A DNA stretch of 32,000 nt. Origin: Candidatus Electronema aureum. Lineage in GTDB: Bacteria; Desulfobacterota; Desulfobulbia; Desulfobulbales; Desulfobulbaceae. The DNA lies in assembly GCA_004284765.1 (NCBI GenBank), contig NQJD01000007.1, forward strand, positions 70,831 to 102,830. The letters run 5' to 3'. Of this stretch, positions 18,242-25,872 are shown piece by piece (within the stretch, counting starts at the first letter, position 1; the number at the start of each line of letters is the position of its first letter). The notes under the pieces were generated by a model. The model saw only the letters and a program-made list of their open reading frames with translations. It searched no databases and was not told the DNA's origin. The position numbers and the translations under genes are program-made.

Positions 18242-19371
18242 GGCGCAGCAGGCCCGTCTTCCCGCTCCTGCTTTCTCTGAGAGCGATCTTCGTCCAACTG
18301 CTGAAGACCTTCCATCAGCAGCTTCATAAAATAACCAATCTCAGGCGCATCAAAATCCTCTGGCGGCAAGCCAGGATTAAACTTGAAGCGACCTTTCTTT
18401 TCTCTAAGTATCTTGAAGAACGCTTCTTTACCCTTCTGTCCGTCGTAAGATGCCTTGATCAGCGCACCTTGCCGCAGTGAGAAACGGGCCGTACCTTTTG
18501 ACACTTCTGTAATAGTGAGAATACCGGTCTTGGCGTTGGCGTGCAGGGTTTGAAACAGGGCTTCCGGCGGAATTTCCTCTAATCTGCCGATCATCCCAGA
18601 AGCATAGTCATCAAAACGAATTTTGTTCGAGCGGCTTAGGCGCTGGGCCATCAGTTTAGTGAAATAACGCTGCATGGTCGGATAGCGATCTAACACGAGC
18701 TGAAAATGGCGGTGGTGGACGCTAAGAATCTTGCAATCCATCGCCGCTTGGACAGTAGCCCCGATGTTCTCGTCGCAAATCAGGCTCATTTCACCGAAAA
18801 CTTCCCCTTGCTCTAAGGTCGAGATAGAAATACCGGTATCGTTGAGAATGCTCACCTTGCCCTCGGCCACAATATACAGCTTACTGCCCGGTGCGCCTTG
18901 ACGGATGATAATGTCGTCCTTCTTAAATTCCTCCAGCTCGGCATGGCGCAGCAATTCAGCTAAACTTTCATGACTGATGATCTGGAAAAAAGGGAAGCGG
19001 CTCAATTCATCAAGCAGAGTGGAGAGTTCCTTGTTGCTGTTCAGCAGAGCTTCCTGCTCTGGGCCAGTTTTTCTATTCCGGTTGTGTTCCAAGCGGAGGG
19101 AGCCGGTGCAACCAGTGCAGGAAATCAGACAGTCTGGGATTTGGTCGGCACGCTCATATTTGATGATGATTTTGACTAAATCGCCGTAGAGAATTTCACA
19201 ATTTTCCCGGTTCTGATTAGTATGAACAGCAGTACTGTTGACAAAGGAGCTGTCTCCGCCGTTGGTTCGCATCATCACTGCCACGCCAGAAACCGTGAAG
19301 GAATCACCGTACTGGAACTTTGGACAGTTCAGGGTCTCGCAGACCCGAAAGATTACTCGTGGAACTCCCAT
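18238..19371 (-). CDS. cyclic-nucleotide-binding protein with Cys-rich N-terminal domain and C-terminal DUF4388-like domain
   Basis: The central cNMP-binding domain has IIRQGAPGSKLYIV..G.V and FGEMSLI. The C-terminus (GMIGRLEEIPPEALFQTLHANAKTGILTI...GKEAFFKIL) resembles DUF4388. The N-terminal ~95 aa carries cysteines at CETLNC, NCE, and CLISCTGCTG. Confidence 0.7.
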   Translation of the reverse strand: MGVPRVIFRVCETLNCPKFQYGDSFTVSGVAVMMRTNGGDSSFVNSTAVHTNQNRENCEILYGDLVKIIIKYERADQIPDCLISCTGCTGSLRLEHNRNRKTGPEQEALLNSNKELSTLLDELSRFPFFQIISHESLAELLRHAELEEFKKDDIIIRQGAPGSKLYIVAEGKVSILNDTGISISTLEQGEVFGEMSLICDENIGATVQAAMDCKILSVHHRHFQLVLDRYPTMQRYFTKLMAQRLSRSNKIRFDDYASGMIGRLEEIPPEALFQTLHANAKTGILTITEVSKGTARFSLRQGALIKASYDGQKGKEAFFKILREKKGRFKFNPGLPPEDFDAPEIGYFMKLLMEGLQQLDEDRSQRKQEREDGPAAP

Positions 19372-19428
19372 TGCCTACTTGACGTATCCTGTCAGTCTCT
19401 CTGAAAATGAGGTGAAAAATCATGCTGC

Positions 19429-21081
19429 ATGGTCTATTATGACCAGAAAGTTTTCGTGAGCGCAACGTTTTTGTCGAAAAACATGTTTCTTTCCGGCAGC
19501 AGCCAGATGACCGCCATGCTAAGAACCTGCGTGACATCCACAGGGAAATTTCGGGTCGGCGTACACCGACCAAGCTATGCTGTTCGTAATTTGCGAGACC
19601 AAGATTTTTTGCTGCGTCTCGGCACACTGCCCGACGGCACCGTAGTGGACAATCAAGCGAATTTCCCCTCGGGCGATGTGCGTGAGACGGAAGGCCGCTG
19701 GATTTACGAAATCCCCAATGCCTTTCCTTGTCACGGCGCGACCTATATTGACTCCGTTTGGGCAGCGGCGCGTGCTGAGAACCCCGGCCTGATTCAAATT
19801 GAACCGCCGCCGGAATGCTCCCTCTCGCAGTCGCTTGGCCTGAGCGAAGAAGAACGACGAAGTGTGCTTGACCACCTGCCTTTACCGCTGAAATACGCTT
19901 TAGCCGCTAGTTCCACCGACCCAGAAGAGCTGATTCTGCTGGCGCACACCTGCTGCCGGATGGAGTTTAACGGCGAAGGTCAGCCCGTCGGCCTGAAATA
20001 TTTGCGGCCCGGCAAAGCGGACATTGATGATTTCGAGCTGTTCGAGACCATTGCCAATAACCCACATCTGCCTGATCAATACAAAGAGATCATGGTGCTG
20101 CGGCCCGGTGTGCAGGGCAACAGCGAGATTATTGGCCGTTACGCAGAGGACACCCATGTGTTCGAGTACCTGCGCCGTAACTCCTATATCCCGTGGGGCC
20201 ATTATGCCGCCAACATGGCGCACGATGCTGTCCGCTACCGCACCTCTGATCTGACCTTCAGCGACATCAGAGGATTGCGCCATCTCTATTATCAGCGAAT
20301 GATCGTCACACTGGCCGAACGCTTCGGCATCAATCTTGATTTGCCCAAACGCAGTTTGACGACGGATGAGCTGGAATCTTTGCGCAGAAAAGTGCTGACA
20401 GCGGCAGAACAAAGCGGCCAGCATCCAGCCACGCTTTGGGGCTGGAATTTCGGTTATGATTTCTCCGGCTCCGGTTATCGGCTCCATGCCTCCCATCAGA
20501 TGATTCATCAGCAGTACGCGCTCACTCCTGAAGAGATTGAGACAACGGACGGCGACGCGATGCCGAGCTATAGTTGCGGTGATCAAGTGGCAGAAGTGAT
20601 TGCACAGTACGGTGGCGATTTTTTTTGTGATTATCTTCGCTGCATCCGCGAGAATAAGCGCACAGACCGCGATCCGGCAAAAGAGCGCAGTTTAATTGTC
20701 CACGAAGATGCAAACATGCTGCTTTTTGTGCCCAAGGCGCAGACTTCACAGTGGGAATTGCAGCTCATGGTTATTGCCGATGCGGATGGCCAGCCAATCG
20801 GCAATGTGCTGGAGGCGGACGCGGCGGTGCGCGAGTCAATTGACCGTGGCATCCTGCTGGCCCAGCATATCTTTGCAAAACTGGGGGCAAGAATGGTCAC
20901 TTCGCTGGAATACTCCAAGCGGATCGGCATCCGCAACGGCCAGCGGCTGCTCTATGCCTTTCTGCCCAAGCTGCCGTGGTCAATGGGCGCATTCAGCGAG
21001 GCCCAGCACCGGTATATCAGCAGTCATTTTCCAGAGGATTTTGCGACGGCGTGCCGCAGGCAGATTGAACACATTCAATGA
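19429..21081 (+). CDS. hypothetical protein (about 520-550 aa, no family recognised)
   Basis: A long ORF with coding-like composition, same strand as the next gene and 16 nt upstream of it. The start is uncertain: candidate ATGs at 19429, 19483, 19507 and 19516, none with a clear SD. Notable segments are YIPWGHYAANMAHDAVRY, WGWNFGYDFSGSGYRLHASHQMIHQQY, and LLFVPKAQTSQWELQLMV. The last faintly recalls GalT/HIT-type half-domains. Confidence 0.6.
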   Translation: MVYYDQKVFVSATFLSKNMFLSGSSQMTAMLRTCVTSTGKFRVGVHRPSYAVRNLRDQDFLLRLGTLPDGTVVDNQANFPSGDVRETEGRWIYEIPNAFPCHGATYIDSVWAAARAENPGLIQIEPPPECSLSQSLGLSEEERRSVLDHLPLPLKYALAASSTDPEELILLAHTCCRMEFNGEGQPVGLKYLRPGKADIDDFELFETIANNPHLPDQYKEIMVLRPGVQGNSEIIGRYAEDTHVFEYLRRNSYIPWGHYAANMAHDAVRYRTSDLTFSDIRGLRHLYYQRMIVTLAERFGINLDLPKRSLTTDELESLRRKVLTAAEQSGQHPATLWGWNFGYDFSGSGYRLHASHQMIHQQYALTPEEIETTDGDAMPSYSCGDQVAEVIAQYGGDFFCDYLRCIRENKRTDRDPAKERSLIVHEDANMLLFVPKAQTSQWELQLMVIADADGQPIGNVLEADAAVRESIDRGILLAQHIFAKLGARMVTSLEYSKRIGIRNGQRLLYAFLPKLPWSMGAFSEAQHRYISSHFPEDFATACRRQIEHIQ

Positions 21082-21097
21082 TGAAGGATATGGAGCC

Positions 21098-21910
21098 ATG
21101 AAAAAAGTCGCATCGCTGAAATACGGGGTCGTTTTCAGAAAGGCGTTCTGCGATCCTGAGATATTCACCGCATTTGCGCAGGACATCATCGGCCTGCCTG
21201 TGAGTGTCGAGCTGGTGGAGACGGAGAAGGAGTTTGAGCCGCCTGTCGGCTATATCAAGCCGCGCTTCGATCTCTTTGCCGAAGACACGCAGCACCGGAT
21301 CATCATTGACATCCAACACGCACGCACCGCCGACCACTACGACCGTTTTCTGTACTATCACTGCGCCGCTCTGTTGGAACAAATCGCCAGCTCACACAAC
21401 TACCGCCCACCTTTGGCCGTCTATACCGTGGTAGTCCTCACCTCTGGCGACCGTCATCAATGCGACATTGCGGTGACGGATTTTGATCCTCATGATCTCG
21501 CAGGCAGGCCACTGAAGGAGATTCCCCACAAGGTGATTTATCTTTGCCCGAAATATGCGGACGAAAACACGCCGGAGCCGCGCCGCGCTTGGCTGCGCGC
21601 CATTAACGACACGCTTGACGAGGAAGTTGATGAAAGTCTGTACCAGCAGAGCGCGATTCAGAAGCTCTTTGCCGCCATTCAACGCAACTGCTTCTCCCCA
21701 GAAGAGCGGGCGCGGATGATTGAGGAGTATCATCAAGAGGAGCTGCGTCAGACCAAGTTTGAGGAGGGGAAAGCGGAGGGCATACGGATCATTGCGGAAC
21801 GGATGCTGCGGCAAGGCATTGCGCCGGAGATGGTTGCTGAAGCTACAGAGCTGTCTACTGCCGAACTGGCCACGCTTGCGGATGAGATGCGGTGGAAGGC
21901 GGATTATTGA
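21098..21910 (+). CDS. PD-(D/E)XK nuclease family protein (Rpn/PDDEXK_2 'putative transposase' type)
   Basis: The true start is ATG 21098 (GGAG 3 nt upstream), inside track ORF 20696..21910. Pattern: VVFRKAFCDPEIF..FAQDIIGLPV, then FDLFAED, then IIIDIQHAR...YDRFLYYHCAAL (a D...D-x-Q core, as in the E-x-Q of this family). The C-terminus has EEGKAEGIRIIAERMLRQGIAPEMVAEATELSTAELATLA, the typical tail of this family. Confidence 0.75.
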   Translation: MKKVASLKYGVVFRKAFCDPEIFTAFAQDIIGLPVSVELVETEKEFEPPVGYIKPRFDLFAEDTQHRIIIDIQHARTADHYDRFLYYHCAALLEQIASSHNYRPPLAVYTVVVLTSGDRHQCDIAVTDFDPHDLAGRPLKEIPHKVIYLCPKYADENTPEPRRAWLRAINDTLDEEVDESLYQQSAIQKLFAAIQRNCFSPEERARMIEEYHQEELRQTKFEEGKAEGIRIIAERMLRQGIAPEMVAEATELSTAELATLADEMRWKADY

Positions 21911-22162
21911 ATGGAGATGAAAATGCAGGCAAATATAAACAAGGTTCAGATTGGTCATCAGACAATTGATCTGCTTGATCTCCCTGAAGTAGCGCAGCAG
22001 GAATTGCTGACATTTTATAATTTCTTGATCTTTAAATATCAGGTGCGGAAGGAACGTGCTGATCAGGACAGAAAGACTGTTCTAAAAGGCATCTTTCAGG
22101 AGGCAAAAGGAAAGTTACCAGCAGGATACGTATTTGACCGGGCAGAGATTCATGAGCGATAG
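21911..22162 (+). CDS. type II antitoxin candidate (DUF2281-like)
   Basis: 83-aa ORF starting immediately after the upstream stop and overlapping the PIN gene by 11 nt. LPEVAQQELLTFYNFLIFKY resembles the DUF2281 antitoxin motif. Confidence 0.6.
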   Translation: MEMKMQANINKVQIGHQTIDLLDLPEVAQQELLTFYNFLIFKYQVRKERADQDRKTVLKGIFQEAKGKLPAGYVFDRAEIHER

Positions 22163-22556
22163 ATTCTTTACCGACACAAATATTCTGGTGTATTCTATGG
22201 CGGATGATCTTCGGAAGAGGGAGATTGCGGAAGAGCTGCTGCTGCAAGACGGCGTTGTAATGAGTCCGCAGGTGATCAGCGAGTTTGTCGCGGTGACACT
22301 TCGCAAGCGTATTTTAGAACCGGAGAAGGTGCTTGAATATGCCCGCAAGTTTCTCCATATTTTTCAAATTACAGCGACCAATGCCGACACCGTTGCGACA
22401 GCCCTTGATGTCATGGCCAAATACCATTTTTCCTATTGGGACAGCCTGATCCTTGCAGCAGCATTGGAAAGTTCGTGCGCTGTGGTTTACTCTGAGGACT
22501 TGCAGACTGGGCAGCAGATTCAAGGCAGACTGACGATTGTCAATCCATTCAAATGA
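22152..22556 (+). CDS. vapC: PIN-domain ribonuclease toxin (VapC-like)
   Basis: The ATG at 22152 gives MSDRFFTDTNILVY (first acidic residue). Later acidic residues are in SPQVISEF, YWDSLILAAA and YSED. 134 aa, classic VapC size and spacing. Confidence 0.8.
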   Translation: MSDRFFTDTNILVYSMADDLRKREIAEELLLQDGVVMSPQVISEFVAVTLRKRILEPEKVLEYARKFLHIFQITATNADTVATALDVMAKYHFSYWDSLILAAALESSCAVVYSEDLQTGQQIQGRLTIVNPFK

Positions 22557-22595
22557 GCACATTTCTTTAAAAGAAATCCAAAGGAGGATATTCCC

Positions 22596-23552
22596 ATGAA
22601 CAAGAGGACTATTTCTATTTGCGGCGCGGCGATGTTTCTTTCGCTGCTGGTGTCTTCGGCGTTTGGCTATGAGAAGGAGATTGAGGAGCTTTCCGCGCAG
22701 ATGGCGGAGAAGATTGCTGGGAAAGGCAAGAAGACCGTTGCGGTGGTGGATTTCACCGATTTGGAAGGCAATGTAACGCAGCTTGATCAGTTTATCGCTG
22801 AAGAATTTTCCGTTGCGCTTGCGAGTGCGGGTAAAGGATTCCGGGTGATTGACAGAACCCGTCTGAAGAGCATTATCAAGGAGAACAAGCTCGCAGCAAC
22901 GGGCCTGATTGATCCGGCAACAGCAAGCAAGTTGGGAAAGATTGCCGGAGTTGATGCGCTGGTGACAGGAACGCTGACACCGTTTGGCGACAACGTGCGG
23001 CTAACGGTCAAGGTATTGGATTCAGAGACGGCAGACATTATCGATTCAGCAAAAAGCAATTTTGCGAAGACGCAGGCGATTAACGAGCTGTTTGGGAAAG
23101 AAATCGATTCAAAAAATGTTTCTTCTCTTACAGAGAGAACGAAAGCGGCAGATGGAAAAACGGCAGATTCTCAGGTTGTTAAAGGTATATTGTTTGAAGC
23201 GAAAGGGTGTAAACTATCCGGCGGATCGTTAATCTGTCGCCTCCTTGTTACAAGTCAAGATGAAGATAAAGAAATTTCTGTTTTCAATGACCATGACTGG
23301 AGTGCAAGGACTAGAGTTTTTGACAACATGTCAAACGAATATAGAGCATCTATGTTGGAAATAGCAAATAAAAAATCTAGATCAAGCAGTGCTGGACACA
23401 CGCTTGTGTCTGGAGTTGCAACAAAATTAGCTTTTACTTTTGAAGGGATTAAAGAGAGTATGGAGTCTTTATCGCTTCTCGAAGTGGCTTTTTCAGATGA
23501 AAACGATAACAGAAGCAAGGCGCAACTCCGCAATATCCCTGTATCAAGGTAG
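22596..23552 (+). CDS. secreted protein with FlgO/LpoB/CsgG-like (TolB-N-like) domain plus an unknown C-terminal domain
   Basis: Strong SD (AAAGGAGG) and the signal peptide MNKRTISICGAAMFLSLLVSSAFG. KTVAVVDFTDLEGNVTQLDQFIAEEFSVALA...GFRVIDRTRL...KLGKIAGVDALVTGTLTPFGDNVRLTVKVLDSETADII matches the FlgO/LpoB-type fold pattern. The last ~140 aa could not be assigned. Confidence 0.65.
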   Translation: MNKRTISICGAAMFLSLLVSSAFGYEKEIEELSAQMAEKIAGKGKKTVAVVDFTDLEGNVTQLDQFIAEEFSVALASAGKGFRVIDRTRLKSIIKENKLAATGLIDPATASKLGKIAGVDALVTGTLTPFGDNVRLTVKVLDSETADIIDSAKSNFAKTQAINELFGKEIDSKNVSSLTERTKAADGKTADSQVVKGILFEAKGCKLSGGSLICRLLVTSQDEDKEISVFNDHDWSARTRVFDNMSNEYRASMLEIANKKSRSSSAGHTLVSGVATKLAFTFEGIKESMESLSLLEVAFSDENDNRSKAQLRNIPVSR

Positions 23553-23583
23553 GAGCTGATCTTCTATACATTTTTGTTGGCAA

Positions 23584-24129
23584 ATGAGCGATAACGGCAA
23601 TAAGTGGGACAGGAATCAAATACTGACGCTCATCGGCGTTATTGTTGCAGCAGCAACATTGGTAGCTTCTGTCGTAATTCCTGAAATGAGGAATTGTTTC
23701 GGCCTGAAAGACGACAATACGCCTGCGCCAGTGCTTCCCGCACCGACACCGCAGCCGGAACGGAAAACAATTCCGCCGAAGATTGAAACGCCGCACGCGA
23801 AACCGGCAGCAGTGCCAAAACCAAAGCCGCCGGTGATTCATCAAGCGGTGCAGGAACCTGCTGATCCGCAAGAATACACCATCGGCGAAAACAAGAGCGA
23901 GCTGGTCAAAGAGGCGAAGGCAAGATTGTCTGTTTCGTTCCATGATGATACTGGAGAGATAACAGCCAAAATTACCATCTCGCCTGCTGGCAAGGACTCA
24001 ATCGTTCTTCCAACCGTTGGCATCGGCAGCAAGGAGTTTGCTTCCTCAACAGGAGTTTTCCTTGTCCACGTCCTGAATGTGGATTGGAACAGCCGGACAG
24101 TCACGGTTCAGGTGAGCCGGAAAGGATAA
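23584..24129 (+). CDS. single-pass membrane-anchored protein with Pro-rich linker (hypothetical)
   Basis: 181 aa. TM helix ILTLIGVIVAAATLVASVVI, then a Pro/Lys-rich linker (PAPVLPAPTPQPERKTIPPKIETPHAKPAAVPKPKPPV), then a ~90-aa beta-rich C-terminal domain. The SD is weak. Confidence 0.5.
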   Translation: MSDNGNKWDRNQILTLIGVIVAAATLVASVVIPEMRNCFGLKDDNTPAPVLPAPTPQPERKTIPPKIETPHAKPAAVPKPKPPVIHQAVQEPADPQEYTIGENKSELVKEAKARLSVSFHDDTGEITAKITISPAGKDSIVLPTVGIGSKEFASSTGVFLVHVLNVDWNSRTVTVQVSRKG

Positions 24130-24165
24130 AGATAAAGCGGGGAAACGTCTCACTTCGTTTGCCGC

Positions 24166-24417
24166 GTTTCACGCTTAAATCGTCGCAAATCACGCTTCAA
24201 GCAAGACGATTCACGCGTGAAACATCCCGTTTTAAGCGTGAAGCAACATGATTCACGCGTGAAATGCTCTGGTTCACACGTAAAGCGTCACGTTTCACGC
24301 TTAAAATGAGCCGATTGAAGCGTGAAACGCCTTGGTTGAAGGGTGAAGCACGATGATTGAAGAGTGAATTGCCTCGTTTCAAGCGTGAATCAGGGCGGTT
24401 TAATCAGCGGATGCGGC
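24166..24417. repeat. tandem array of 11-12 units of exactly 21 bp with a (pseudo)palindromic 12-14 bp core (TTCACGCGTGAA type) and a ~7 bp variable spacer
   Basis: Parsed by hand from 24166 in strict 21-nt register: gtttcacgcttaaatcgtcgc / aaatcacgcttcaagcaagac / gattcacgcgtgaaacatccc / gttttaagcgtgaagcaacat / gattcacgcgtgaaatgctct / ggttcacacgtaaagcgtcac / gtttcacgcttaaaatgagcc / gattgaagcgtgaaacgcctt / ggttgaagggtgaagcacgat / gattgaagagtgaattgcctc / gtttcaagcgtgaatcagggc / ggtttaatcagcggatgcggc (degenerate). Confidence 0.9.
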
Positions 24418-24472
24418 GGTTACGGCTTCTGAAAAAATGAATTAAGTCAGCAGAATCAAAAAAGGATCTTCT

Positions 24473-25702
<1,230 letters not shown>

Positions 25703-25872
25703 GCGCGTCTGCTGCGCATGAGGCGGAAAGAAGGAAAAAATGAACGACATATTGCCAAAGAGCAGGATATGCGATACACAGAGACTGCGTTGACTTTTTA
25801 TTTGATGAAAATTCGCGGCTGAACCTTGACTGCGGGCGGCTTTTCCCGCTGAAGATTCCGGCAATCCGGCCT

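Noticed and set aside
24197-24382. Minus-strand 61-aa ORF with a striking 7-residue periodicity (SRFNRLI / SRVNHVA / SRLKRDV ...).
   Set aside because: It merely translates the 21-bp (7-codon) DNA repeat. It starts at a non-ATG codon with no SD. The periodicity comes from the DNA array, not from a repeat protein.
24166-24417. Considered calling the 21-bp array a CRISPR array or a TRAP-like (11 x GAG/UAG) trp leader, because it has 11 units upstream of a trp gene.
   Set aside because: Against CRISPR: the variable segments are only ~7 nt, there are no cas genes, and the period is far too short. Against TRAP: its sites are triplets spaced 2-3 nt apart, and no such GAG/UAG series is present. The count of 11 is probably coincidental.
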